DNA of 32,000 nucleotides from Parasynechococcus marenigrum WH 8102 (GTDB taxonomy: Bacteria > Cyanobacteriota > Cyanobacteriia > PCC-6307 > Cyanobiaceae): the NCBI RefSeq assembly GCF_000195975.1, contig NC_005070.1:240001-272000 (forward strand), read 5' to 3'. Shown here in pieces: positions 8,585 to 18,762 of the stretch. Both the position numbers and the translations under genes were made by a program. Below the pieces are notes generated by a model. That model saw nothing but the letters and a program-made list of their open reading frames with translations. It did not search any database and was not told the DNA's origin. Position 1 is the stretch's first letter. The number at the start of each line of letters is the position of its first letter.

Positions 8585-8953
8585 ATGTCCAAGAAGCGCA
8601 AGCGCATCAGCCGCCGTCGTCTCGCGGGGCAACGGGTCCTTGCCCATGTGTCCACTCATCATCTGGAAACCGGTGAGTACAAGCCTGTGACGGCGGCTCG
8701 TCGCTACATCGCTGAGGCCGGTTTGGTACCTCCGGCGTTGCTCAATGTGCGACGCAATGAACACACCACCGATCGCTTCTTCTGGGGCGAAAAGGGACTA
8801 TTCAGCGCTCAGTACGCCGAAGAGAATCACTTCCTCTTTCCGTCCTTGCGCACCATCGTCGATTCGATCGGTGAAGACACCTTGTTTGAGGGGCTCGATC
8901 TCTCTGCCGACGATTGGGAGGAGATGGAAGAGTACGAGTACGCGTTCGTTTGA
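8585..8953 (+). CDS. Conserved hypothetical protein with a basic N-terminus and an acidic C-terminus
   Basis: ATG at 8585 lies 7 nt downstream of GGAG (8574-8577). The product starts MSKKRKRISRRRL and ends DDWEEMEEYEYAFV. The ORF track extends to 8312, but that part is lower in third-position GC and full of hairpins. An in-frame ATG at 8516 is an alternative start. Confidence 0.6.
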   Translation: MSKKRKRISRRRLAGQRVLAHVSTHHLETGEYKPVTAARRYIAEAGLVPPALLNVRRNEHTTDRFFWGEKGLFSAQYAEENHFLFPSLRTIVDSIGEDTLFEGLDLSADDWEEMEEYEYAFV

Positions 8954-8954
8954 A

Positions 8955-9524
8955 TCAGGGTCCTTTCAGGACCCGTTTCAAGAACGTCAGCATCGGTTGC
9001 ACCATTTCTTCTGGGATGGTGTGACCGTTGTCGAATGAGAGGGTTTCGCAACGGTTGGATCGGAGCCGTGCGGTGATGGCGTCCATTGCTGTTGCAGGGA
9101 CGATCGTGTCTTGACGGCCGTGCATGACCAGGACTGGCGGGTGTTGGTCCGCTGGCTCCCAGTTTGGGTGTGGATAGCCACTGCAGGAGATCACACCCGC
9201 CAGGGGCAGGCCGCAACCGCTGTCAAGCGCCATGGCGCCACCTTGGGAAAATCCGAGCAGCACCGTGCGTTCCATTGCTGGCCCCTGACGGGTAATCGTC
9301 TTCAGGCGCTCCTGAAGCGCCTCGACGGCTGCTGGAACACCATCCCAGTCTGCAGGGAAAAGGCCGTACCACTGGCGGCCAGGGGGCTGGGGATGGAGAT
9401 GGGGAGCCGCCAGCGCCACCACCTCCAAAGGAAGATCGATGGCGGCTGCGAGTGATCGTCCGAGGGGTTCCAGATCATCCGACGTGGCACCCCAGCCATG
9501 AAGCATCACCAGGCGGCTGTTCAT
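8955..9524 (-). CDS. Alpha/beta hydrolase, phospholipase/carboxylesterase family
   Basis: 189-aa ORF. Nucleophile elbow GFSQGGAMA and a downstream HGRQDTIVP segment typical of the carboxylesterase/phospholipase fold. Confidence 0.8.
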   Translation of the reverse strand: MNSRLVMLHGWGATSDDLEPLGRSLAAAIDLPLEVVALAAPHLHPQPPGRQWYGLFPADWDGVPAAVEALQERLKTITRQGPAMERTVLLGFSQGGAMALDSGCGLPLAGVISCSGYPHPNWEPADQHPPVLVMHGRQDTIVPATAMDAITARLRSNRCETLSFDNGHTIPEEMVQPMLTFLKRVLKGP

Positions 9525-9581
9525 TCGATCCCCCGTAACCCTGCTGCGTAGGTTGGCTCAGGACCCAGTCGTCACGAATCC

Positions 9582-11132
9582 ATGGCTCCTTTTGCGCTGC
9601 TGAGCGTGTCCGACAAAAACGGCGTTGTGGCGCTGGCGGAGGCGTTGCATCGCACCCATGGTTATGCGCTTCTGTCCAGTGGTGGGACCGCCAAGGTTCT
9701 GGAAGATGCCGGACTTCCGGTGACCCGTATGTCAGAGCACAACGGCGCACCGGAGATTCTCGGTGGTCGAGTGAAGACCCTGCATCCGAGGGTGCACGGC
9801 GGCATCCTTGCCAAACGAGGTGATGCTGCCCATCAGGCTGATCTGGAGCAGCAGGGCATCCCCGCCATTGATCTGGTGGTGGTGAATCTGTACCCGTTCC
9901 GGGAAACGGTGGCCCGAGCGGATGTCACCTGGGATCAGGCGATCGAAAACATCGATATCGGAGGTCCGGCGATGGTCCGGGCCGCTGCCAAAAATCATGC
10001 TGATGTGGCGGTGCTCACCAGCCCGGATCAGTACTCCTCGGTGCTGGCGGCCATGGCGGAATCGGCTGGTCGTGTGCCTGCGGATCTATGCCGCCAGTTG
10101 GCCCTCGAAGCGTTTCAGCACACCGCGGCCTACGACACCGCCATCAGCCGTTGGATGGCTGGCGAGGTTGAGCTTGTGAGCAGCCCCTGGTTGGAGGCAG
10201 TACCGCTTCGCCAGACCTTGCGTTATGGGGAGAACCCACACCAGAAAGCACGCTGGTTCAGCCATCCCCGTCAGGGATGGGGAGGAGCGATTCAGCTGCA
10301 GGGCAAGGAGCTCAGCACCAACAACCTGTTGGACCTGGAGGCAGCTCTGGCGACGGTTCGCGAGTTTGGCTACGGCCCAAACGCCGTCGGCCCCGCTGCC
10401 GTGGTGGTGAAGCACACCAACCCCTGTGGTGTGGCTGTGGGACCGGTGGTGGCTTCCGCGCTGACGAGAGCGCTGGATGCGGATCGCGTCAGTGCGTTCG
10501 GCGGCATCGTGGCGATCAACGGACCCGTGGAGGCCGCCGCAGCCCGTGAGCTCACCGGGTTGTTTCTGGAATGTGTCGTGGCCCCATCCTTCTCCCCGGA
10601 AGCCAGGGAAATCCTGGCCGCCAAGGCCAATCTCCGGCTGCTGGAGCTGTCGCCGGATGCGATCGCTGCTGCTGGTCCAGATCACGTCCGCAGCATCCTC
10701 GGGGGACTGCTGGTGCAGGACCTCGATGATCAAGTGATGACCCCTGATCAGTGGACGCTGGCAACCAAGAGGCCTCCTACCGCTCAGGAGAAGCAGGATC
10801 TTGAGTTCGCCTGGCGCCTGGTGCGGCATGTGCGCTCTAACGCCATCGTTGTGGCCAGGGATGGTCAGAGCCTCGGGGTCGGCGCCGGTCAGATGAATCG
10901 CGTCGGTTCAGCGCGGATTGCCCTGGAGGCGGCGGCTGAGAAAGCCAAGGGAGCAGTGCTGGCCAGTGACGGATTCTTTCCCTTCGATGACACCGTTCGC
11001 CTGGCAGCTAGCCATGGCATCACAGCCGTGATTCATCCCGGAGGCAGCCTTCGGGACGGGGAGTCGGTCAAGGCCTGCGATGAACTGGGTCTGGCCATGC
11101 TGCTCACCGGCCGCCGCCATTTCCTGCACTGA
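9582..11132 (+). CDS. purH: Bifunctional AICAR formyltransferase / IMP cyclohydrolase
   Basis: 516-aa ORF. N-terminal MGS-like domain [28 protein letters not shown] and C-terminal FPFDD...HPGGSLRD motifs are characteristic of PurH. Confidence 0.97.
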   Translation: MAPFALLSVSDKNGVVALAEALHRTHGYALLSSGGTAKVLEDAGLPVTRMSEHNGAPEILGGRVKTLHPRVHGGILAKRGDAAHQADLEQQGIPAIDLVVVNLYPFRETVARADVTWDQAIENIDIGGPAMVRAAAKNHADVAVLTSPDQYSSVLAAMAESAGRVPADLCRQLALEAFQHTAAYDTAISRWMAGEVELVSSPWLEAVPLRQTLRYGENPHQKARWFSHPRQGWGGAIQLQGKELSTNNLLDLEAALATVREFGYGPNAVGPAAVVVKHTNPCGVAVGPVVASALTRALDADRVSAFGGIVAINGPVEAAAARELTGLFLECVVAPSFSPEAREILAAKANLRLLELSPDAIAAAGPDHVRSILGGLLVQDLDDQVMTPDQWTLATKRPPTAQEKQDLEFAWRLVRHVRSNAIVVARDGQSLGVGAGQMNRVGSARIALEAAAEKAKGAVLASDGFFPFDDTVRLAASHGITAVIHPGGSLRDGESVKACDELGLAMLLTGRRHFLH

Positions 11133-11185
11133 GGCGGACTGGACCCGTCGACCCCTAGCCTCGTCCCCACAGCGAGTTACGTCCG

Positions 11186-11644
11186 ATGCTGGCCACCCTG
11201 CCTTTCAGCCTGAATTTCGTGCACCCCCTCACCGAATGGGGCCTGTTGGCCATGGGTGGCTGGGCTCTCTATCTGGGAATCAAGGCGAAGAAAACCCGCA
11301 CCGGGACCCCAGAGCAGCGCAAAGAACTGGTTAAGGGGAAATTCGCTCAGCGCCACTACCTATGGGGAAGCATCCTGCTGGCGGTGATGACCGTCGGCAC
11401 CCTTGGCGGCATGGCCGTGACTTACCTGAACAACGGCAAATTGTTCGTTGGACCTCACCTGCTGGTGGGTCTGGCCATGACGGGGATGATCGCCCTGGCG
11501 GCCTCCCTGTCTCCGCTGATGCAACGGGGCAACATGATCGCGCGCAAGGCCCATGTCGGCTTGAACATGGGCACGCTGACACTGTTCCTCTGGCAGGCGT
11601 TCAGCGGCATGGAGATCGTGAACAAGATCTGGGCTAACCGCTGA
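11186..11644 (+). CDS. DUF4079-type integral membrane protein
   Basis: 152-aa ORF with about four predicted TM helices and conserved His residues. It resembles the cyanobacterial/plant DUF4079 family; the family name is recalled, not searched. Confidence 0.7.
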   Translation: MLATLPFSLNFVHPLTEWGLLAMGGWALYLGIKAKKTRTGTPEQRKELVKGKFAQRHYLWGSILLAVMTVGTLGGMAVTYLNNGKLFVGPHLLVGLAMTGMIALAASLSPLMQRGNMIARKAHVGLNMGTLTLFLWQAFSGMEIVNKIWANR

Positions 11645-11652
11645 CCCTTGCG

Positions 11653-12315
11653 TCAGAACGCTGCCCGTCGACGAGGCGGGCAGTGGAGCCCATGGCTGGC
11701 GTGAAAGTCCTCCTGAACCTTCCAGGTCAGCCGTCTTGAGATCTGCCGGACGATCTGGCGCAGCAGATGATCGCCACTGGATTGCACCAGTTGTTCGGGA
11801 AGCATGGTGATCACCTTGGGGAGTCGTATCCAGACGCTCAGATCGAGGTCCCAGTTCACGGATGTCGTCGAGTCCTGGTCGATCAACTGCATGGACGCTT
11901 GAAAGTCCACGTCGTAGTGGTCGCGTAAGACGAGAGATTGCGGAACGGTCCGAACCGTTTCGATGCGATAAAGCTGTTTATCTTCTGGCAACAAACGCAG
12001 CGCGATGGTCGGCTCCACCTCGAAACCGAAGTTGCCGAAGCGTCCGAGGGTCAGCGCATAGGACTGGTGGTCAAGCGCCGCAACCTGCATCGGCTTGGCA
12101 CAGCGCTCGAACCAACTCTGGTGACCGTTTAGGTAGGTAACGACCTGCGTGGTGGGCGCCAGCATCTCCATCTGATCGGAGAAACCGCTGCGGTAACAAC
12201 GCACCTGCGGGTCCGAACCATGGAGCAGGTTGTCGGGGTCAGAGCGCGACAAGAGCAGCACAGAGCGGGACTGAGACGGTTCAGGTGGTGTGAACCAATG
12301 TAAAGCTGAGGCCAA
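11653..12315 (-). CDS. DUF1997-type conserved cyanobacterial protein
   Basis: 220-aa ORF directly abutting the ispH stop codon. The start is uncertain: TTG at 12315, with no nearby ATG. The family assignment is from memory. Confidence 0.65.
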   Translation of the reverse strand: MASALHWFTPPEPSQSRSVLLLSRSDPDNLLHGSDPQVRCYRSGFSDQMEMLAPTTQVVTYLNGHQSWFERCAKPMQVAALDHQSYALTLGRFGNFGFEVEPTIALRLLPEDKQLYRIETVRTVPQSLVLRDHYDVDFQASMQLIDQDSTTSVNWDLDLSVWIRLPKVITMLPEQLVQSSGDHLLRQIVRQISRRLTWKVQEDFHASHGLHCPPRRRAAF

Positions 12316-13515
12316 TCAGCTCTCGCTGAGCAGCATCAGTTTCTCGATCACTTCCTCCACGGCCCGATCCGGTGTCGAGGCGCCGGAGGTGATGCCAACG
12401 GTGACCGGTCCAGCTGGCAGAAAATTGCTTTCGAGTCGCAGGTTTTCGTTGAGCGGTTTGTGTTCAATGGCATTGGCCTGGGCATCGAGACGATCCGGCG
12501 TGTCGATGTGGAAGGAGCGGATGCCGCGGCTCAGGGCGATCTCCTGCAGGTGCGTGGTGTTGGAGGAGTTGAAGCCGCCGATTACCACCATCAGATCAAG
12601 CGGTTCGTCCACGAGGGAAAACATGGCGTCCTGACGCTCCTGGGTGGCATCGCAGATGGTGTTGAAAGCCACGAAGTGATCGTTGAGCTCAGCTGGGCCG
12701 TATTTGCTCAGCATCGTGCGTTCGAACAGGCGGCCGATCTCTTCGGTTTCGCTTTTGAGCATCGTGGTCTGGTTGGCCACGCCAAGGCGTGAGAGATCAC
12801 GGTCCGGGTCAAAGCCAGGGGAGCAGGCGGCGGAGAAGCGCTGCATGAAGGCGTCACGGTCGCCCTTGCCCAGGATGTAGTCCGCCACGATTTGGGCTTC
12901 CTCCATGTCCAGAACCACCAGGTAAGTCCCAGCAAAGGAGCTGGTGGCGAGGGTCTCCTCGTGCTTCACCTTGCCGTGGATGATCGAGGTGATCGTGTGC
13001 TTCTTGTGCTTTTCCACCGTGGTCCATACCTTGGAGACCCACGGGCAGGTGGTGTCCACGATGTGGCATCCCCGTTCGTTGAGCAGCTGCATCTCCTGAA
13101 CGGTGGCGCCGAAGGCGGGAAGGATCACCACATCACCGGAGGTGACGCCGGAAAAATCCTTGACGCCTTGTTCAACAGGGATGAACTGAACATCCATCTC
13201 GCGCAGATGGTCGTTCACCGAAGGGTTGTGGATGATCTCATTGGTGATCCACAGGCGCTCGGCGGGGTAGTGCTTGCGGGTCTCGTAGGCCATGGCCACG
13301 GCCCGCTCCACCCCCCAGCAGAACCCGAAGGCCTCGGCCAGGCGAACCGTGAGCCGGCCATGGCTGAGCTTGTAGCCGTTGTCCCGGATCGTGCCGATCA
13401 AGCCGCTCTGGTAGGCCTGCTCCAGGCTCTCGGCCACTTCCTCGGCCCGTCCGAAGCCCCGCCGGTTGTAGCGCTCTGAATGGTGGAGGGAGCGCTTGAA
13501 GGCGTGGGTGTCCAT
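12316..13515 (-). CDS. ispH: 4-hydroxy-3-methylbut-2-enyl diphosphate reductase
   Basis: 399-aa ORF with the cyanobacterial-type N-terminal extension, then [11 protein letters not shown], and conserved Cys-containing segments (TTCPWV, ICDAT) typical of IspH/LytB. Confidence 0.97.
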   Translation of the reverse strand: MDTHAFKRSLHHSERYNRRGFGRAEEVAESLEQAYQSGLIGTIRDNGYKLSHGRLTVRLAEAFGFCWGVERAVAMAYETRKHYPAERLWITNEIIHNPSVNDHLREMDVQFIPVEQGVKDFSGVTSGDVVILPAFGATVQEMQLLNERGCHIVDTTCPWVSKVWTTVEKHKKHTITSIIHGKVKHEETLATSSFAGTYLVVLDMEEAQIVADYILGKGDRDAFMQRFSAACSPGFDPDRDLSRLGVANQTTMLKSETEEIGRLFERTMLSKYGPAELNDHFVAFNTICDATQERQDAMFSLVDEPLDLMVVIGGFNSSNTTHLQEIALSRGIRSFHIDTPDRLDAQANAIEHKPLNENLRLESNFLPAGPVTVGITSGASTPDRAVEEVIEKLMLLSES

Positions 13516-13570
13516 AACGGGCGCTGCAGTTTCATGACTCTATGGGGCGTGCTGCGATCAGCAGGCCATC

Positions 13571-13596
13571 AAAAAGCCCGGCCCTGAGGGCCGGGC
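13571..13596 (-). terminator. Intrinsic terminator downstream of amt1
   Basis: On the minus strand: GCCCGGCCC-TCA-GGGCCGGGC, a perfect 9-bp GC stem, followed by TTTTT. It lies 24 nt after the amt1 stop codon. Confidence 0.8.
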
Positions 13597-13619
13597 AGTG
13601 AACTGAAGCCTGAAAGGGA

Positions 13620-15014
<1,395 letters not shown>

Positions 15015-15177
15015 CAACGGACCTTCGAGGAGGTTGGCCTCCTGCAATGTTTTTCGGCGCCTACTGGTAGGCGAGTGGAATGCAGTTGTCATGAACGAGA
15101 GTGCAGAGCTGCTGGTCACGCCGGATGGTGTATCCGACTGAACTCACCCAAAGTGCAGCGCAGATTCGCCCTTAGGT

Positions 15178-15191
15178 GTGTTAATTGATAC
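15178..15191 (-). promoter_or_regulatory. Candidate NtcA binding site upstream of amt1
   Basis: GTGTTAATTGATAC (GTATCAATTAACAC on the minus strand) fits GTN10AC and nearly fits GTAN8TAC. It sits in the short AT-rich spacer between the sfsA stop and amt1. A good TAN3T -10 box at the canonical 22-nt spacing is not evident. Confidence 0.4.
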
Positions 15192-15197
15192 AAGATC

Positions 15198-15962
15198 TCA
15201 AAGTTGTTTCAAGGGTCTGATCCCTTCCCAGCGAATTCCATCTGCCTGGAAGCGGAAGCGGCAGGGCAGCACCTCCACGCCGGCTTTGATCGCCTCGCGG
15301 AACAGTTCTCCATAGCGCGGATCCGCGCTGTCCCCTGGCGCGAACTCCGTCACATCCGGACGACTCAGACAGGGAACCAACACCGCTCTGGAATCTGGAA
15401 GAACACCCATCAGCTCCACCAGGTGCTTCTGGCCACGTTCAGTCACCGTGTCTGGGAACAGGGCTGTGGTGCCATCGGTCCAGGTGGTGTTTTTCACCTC
15501 GAGATAGATCGGCCGCTGATCAGGATTGGAGTCGGTCGGCGTGAGCAGCAGATCAATCCGGCTGCGTTTGTTGGCTCCGTAGGCCACTTCGGCGCGGATG
15601 CTGGCGATGGGCCCCAGCTGAGCGGCCAAGCAGCCGGCTTCGATCGTGGCCCTTATCAAGCGGTTGGGCAGCGCCGTGTTGATGCCCACCCAGCAGGGGG
15701 CACCGTCCGCCCCTGGCACCTCGGCTTGCTCCCAGGTCCAAGCCAGCTTGCGCTTGGGTGAGGGGGCATGGCGCAGTCGAACCCGCTGGCCTGGGATTAA
15801 CACCCCAGTCATCGGGCCGGTGTTGGCGCAGTGGGCGGTGATCACCTCTCCGCTGCTGAGTTCTACATCCGCCAGAAAACGCTTGTAGCGCTTGATCAGA
15901 ACGCCTTCTTCAAGCGGTTCAAAGCTAAGCAGGGCATCGCCGGGGGTCGTGCAGCCGGTCAT
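15198..15962 (-). CDS. sfsA: Sugar fermentation stimulation protein A homologue (DNA/RNA nuclease SfsA)
   Basis: 254-aa ORF. N-terminal RYKRFLADV, AHCANTGPM and YLEVKNTT segments are typical of SfsA. Confidence 0.9.
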   Translation of the reverse strand: MTGCTTPGDALLSFEPLEEGVLIKRYKRFLADVELSSGEVITAHCANTGPMTGVLIPGQRVRLRHAPSPKRKLAWTWEQAEVPGADGAPCWVGINTALPNRLIRATIEAGCLAAQLGPIASIRAEVAYGANKRSRIDLLLTPTDSNPDQRPIYLEVKNTTWTDGTTALFPDTVTERGQKHLVELMGVLPDSRAVLVPCLSRPDVTEFAPGDSADPRYGELFREAIKAGVEVLPCRFRFQADGIRWEGIRPLKQL

Positions 15963-16031
15963 GGCTCTAGCCAGGGAGTGCCCATGGTCTCCTGTGCTCC
16001 CACCACAATGCGGCCATCATCTGGGGATCGA

Positions 16032-17639
16032 ATGGCGCGATCACTCAAGGGAATCGCCCTGGTGGTGACCCTGGGCACGCTGCTCAGCAAGGTGGGAGGG
16101 CTGGTGCGGCAGCTGGTGATTGCTGCTGCCTTCGGCGTGGGCGCTGCCTATGACGCATACAACTATGCCTATGTGTTGCCTGGATTTCTGCTGATCCTGC
16201 TGGGGGGAATCAACGGCCCTTTTCACAGCGCCATGGTCAGCGTGCTGAGCCGCCGTCCCCGAGCTGAGGGGGCTCACATCCTGGCGGCCTTGAACACCAG
16301 CGTGAGTGCCTTGCTGCTGCTGGTCACGCTGCTGCTGGTGCTGGCGGCTGATCCCTTGATCACGCTGGTGGGGCCAGGGTTGAGCCCGGAGCTGCACGCC
16401 ATCGCCACTGTGCAGTTGCAGCTGATGGCGCCGATGGCCCTGCTGGCCGGTCTGATCGGCCTCGGTTTCGGCTCACTCAATGCCGCCGATGAGTTCTGGA
16501 TCCCGGCGATCTCTCCGTTGATGTCCAGTGCTGCGCTGGTGGTTGGGGTTGGGCTGCTCTGGTGGCAGTTGGGCAGTGGGATCACCTTGCCGGCTGCTGC
16601 CATGAGCGGCGGTGTGGTGCTGGCGCTGGCCACGCTGGTGGGGGCCTTGCTGCAGTGGCTGATCCAGCTGCCGGCCCTGATCCGTCAGGGTCTGGCGCGA
16701 TTTCAACTGGTGTGGGATTGGCGCCATCCCGGCGTGCGGGAGGTGTGGCAGGTGATGGGGCCGGCGACGTTGTCCTCCGGGATGCTGCAGATCAATGTGT
16801 TCACCGATCTGTTCTTCGCCTCCGGGATTGCAGGAGCTGCAGCGGGTCTCGGTTATGCCAATCTGCTTGTGCAGACGCCGCTGGGGCTGATTTCCAATGC
16901 CCTGTTGGTGCCTTTGCTGCCGACCTTTGCCCGTCTCACGGCCGGTGAGGATCGCCCCGAGCTGGTGGAGCGCATTCGTCAGGGACTGATGCTGTCAACG
17001 GCGTCAATGATTCCTCTGGGGGGGCTGTTCATCGCCCTGGGGGCGCCGATCGTGGCGCTGGTGTACGAACGCGGCGCGTTCGATGCTGCCGCGGCGCAGC
17101 TGGTCACCGGGCTGTTGATGGCCTACGGCTTTGGGATGCCGGTTTATCTCGGCCGGGACGTGCTGGTGCGGGTGTTCTATGCCCTTGGCGATGGCACCAC
17201 ACCGTTTCGGTTCTCGTTGGCGGGGATCGGCCTCAACGTGATCTTCGACTGGTTACTGGTGGGTGGACCAACGCCGTGGGGCAATCAGTCGCCCTTCAAT
17301 TTCGGGGCGCCTGGACTGGTGCTGGCCACTGTGGCGATCAATGCACTCACATGCCTGGGTCTGCTCCTGGCCCTGCGCCGCCGCCTCCAGGGATTGCCGC
17401 TGCGCAGGTGGGGGCGTGATGTGACGTGTCTGAGCCTGGCGGGTTGCATGGCGGCGGCTGTGGCCTGGGCCCTGCAGGGTTGGTTCAGCTGGCCGCAGGG
17501 AGCGGTCGGTCTGGTTCTGCAGATCGCTTTGCCAGGCTTGCTTGGACTGCTTGTGTACGGCCTGGCGGCAACAGCCTTCGGCATCGCCGAGGTTCGGGAC
17601 ATCGCAGCGGGTGTTAAGCGCAGGCTCAGGCGTCGATGA
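16032..17639 (+). CDS. murJ: Lipid II flippase MurJ/MviN
   Basis: ATG at 16032 gives MARSLKGIALVVTLGTLLSKVGGLVRQ, the typical MurJ N-terminus. About 535 aa with many TM helices. The 67-aa upstream extension in the ORF track overlaps sfsA and is rejected. Confidence 0.92.
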   Translation: MARSLKGIALVVTLGTLLSKVGGLVRQLVIAAAFGVGAAYDAYNYAYVLPGFLLILLGGINGPFHSAMVSVLSRRPRAEGAHILAALNTSVSALLLLVTLLLVLAADPLITLVGPGLSPELHAIATVQLQLMAPMALLAGLIGLGFGSLNAADEFWIPAISPLMSSAALVVGVGLLWWQLGSGITLPAAAMSGGVVLALATLVGALLQWLIQLPALIRQGLARFQLVWDWRHPGVREVWQVMGPATLSSGMLQINVFTDLFFASGIAGAAAGLGYANLLVQTPLGLISNALLVPLLPTFARLTAGEDRPELVERIRQGLMLSTASMIPLGGLFIALGAPIVALVYERGAFDAAAAQLVTGLLMAYGFGMPVYLGRDVLVRVFYALGDGTTPFRFSLAGIGLNVIFDWLLVGGPTPWGNQSPFNFGAPGLVLATVAINALTCLGLLLALRRRLQGLPLRRWGRDVTCLSLAGCMAAAVAWALQGWFSWPQGAVGLVLQIALPGLLGLLVYGLAATAFGIAEVRDIAAGVKRRLRRR

Positions 17640-17913
17640 GCCGCACGTCCCGCTCCTCGCGCACCTGAATCGGTAGTTCGAGCTGCTGGCGTCCCACCAG
17701 CTGAGGGCCCTGCACCGACACAATTCGCGCTTCGATGCCGAACTCCTTGAAGGCCGTCTCCAACTCCTGAATCAGCGCCTTCTCCACCTGAGCTTCCGGA
17801 TCCACCACCCGCCCGATCAACCGTTCCCCAAGCCGGCCGATGCGCTGACGCACCACCTCGCGTGCGTTGGTGACTTCGATGATCAGCACACCATCGCCCT
17901 CGGATGGCCGCAA
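17626..17913 (-). CDS. Small conserved hypothetical protein (about 87-95 aa)
   Basis: ORF with genome-typical codon bias, 2 nt downstream of the preceding gene's stop codon. The start is TTG at 17913 or an internal GTG. I recognise no domain. Confidence 0.55.
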   Translation of the reverse strand: MRPSEGDGVLIIEVTNAREVVRQRIGRLGERLIGRVVDPEAQVEKALIQELETAFKEFGIEARIVSVQGPQLVGRQQLELPIQVREERDVRLIDA

Positions 17914-17915
17914 CC

Positions 17916-18227
17916 TTATCGGCAGTAGGACTCCAGGATCTCCTCGAGTTCACGAAGCTGTGCCGGAGGCATCAGGCGCGAGAGCGGCAGCTTGCTGGCT
18001 CCACCAGCCACCGGAACTGTCACCGCCTCCAGAGACTTTCTCGCCGCCACCGAGGCCCCCTGGTCAATCAGGGCACTGCACTCAATGGCGAGAGGTTGGG
18101 CCAGATCTGCATCTCCGAGATACAGATGCCAGCCCGAAACCTGGATGTAGAGGCGGTCAGCCAGGGTGGATTGCAGCTCCTGCAGGTCGGCAGCGGGAAG
18201 AGACATCTGCGGTGATGGCATCTCCAC
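17916..18227 (-). CDS. Small conserved hypothetical protein (about 96-103 aa)
   Basis: ORF with typical codon bias. Possible starts are GTG at 18227, ATG at 18221 and ATG at 18206. It may belong to a cyanobacteria-specific DUF family; not verified. Confidence 0.55.
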   Translation of the reverse strand: MEMPSPQMSLPAADLQELQSTLADRLYIQVSGWHLYLGDADLAQPLAIECSALIDQGASVAARKSLEAVTVPVAGGASKLPLSRLMPPAQLRELEEILESYCR

Positions 18228-18238
18228 CCATGCTGCCG

Positions 18239-18508
18239 TTATTCCGCTGGTTCAATCGGTCCTGGGCGCTGGACCAGCACAGCGATGAACTGAACCAGCA
18301 GCACGCCGAACCAGATGCCGGTGATCCAGGGCAGCCGATCGGCGGGAAACGGTTGACGCATCTCCTGCACGAACCAGGCACCACTGTTGACGGCCGCAAA
18401 GACACCTGCGTGCAGACAGAGATTCACGATCCGCTCGAAATGGCGGTAAGTCGGATCGGTTGGGTCAGCAGGGCCGTACCAGCGGATCGGCATCTCGACG
18501 ATGAACAC
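18239..18508 (-). CDS. Small membrane protein, 2TM-domain-like
   Basis: 89-aa ORF with an ATG start and two predicted TM helices (LCLHAGVFAAVNSGAWF and ITGIWFGVLLVQFIAVLV), resembling the 2TM domain family. Confidence 0.6.
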   Translation of the reverse strand: MFIVEMPIRWYGPADPTDPTYRHFERIVNLCLHAGVFAAVNSGAWFVQEMRQPFPADRLPWITGIWFGVLLVQFIAVLVQRPGPIEPAE

Positions 18509-18585
18509 AGTTCTCCCCCGATCCTGCCGCGCGTGTGCTCCAGTTGACGACGGGACCCTTGATGGGGTCTCATGGATTCACGCCA

Positions 18586-18659
18586 GCGCTTGTAGCTCAG
18601 CGGATTAGAGCATCTGACTACGGATCAGAGGGTCGGGAGTTCGAATCTCTCCAGGCGCG
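18586..18659 (+). tRNA. tRNA-Arg (anticodon ACG)
   Basis: Hand-folded cloverleaf: acceptor GCGCTTG/CAGGCGC, D arm GCTC-AGCGGATTA-GAGC, anticodon arm TCTGA-CTACGGA-TCAGA (anticodon ACG), variable loop GGGTC, T arm GGGAG-TTCGAAT-CTCTC, discriminator G. CCA is not encoded. Confidence 0.95.
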
Positions 18660-18663
18660 CTTG

Positions 18664-18692
18664 AAAACTGCCCAATCGGGCAGTTTTTTTTT
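18664..18692 (+). terminator. Intrinsic terminator after tRNA-Arg
   Basis: AAAA-CTGCCC-AATC-GGGCAG followed by a run of nine T. It starts 5 nt after the tRNA 3' end. Confidence 0.85.
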
Positions 18693-18762
18693 GGACAGCT
18701 GTTGTTCCAGTTTCCTTTCGAAACGGTTTCTTACGATCAAGTGAGGACAACGCCCGGGCGTC

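Noticed and set aside
15831-16031. A 67-codon upstream extension of murJ in the ORF track, overlapping the sfsA 5' end on the other strand.
   Set aside because: The canonical MurJ N-terminus begins at the ATG at 16032. The extension has no membrane or signal character and would overlap sfsA by more than 130 nt.
18509-18585. Sigma70-like promoter for tRNA-Arg (TTGACG at 18544-18549).
   Set aside because: There is no acceptable -10 hexamer at 16-18 nt spacing. The region also has to hold the divergent promoter of the small-protein operon, so no single call is supportable by eye.
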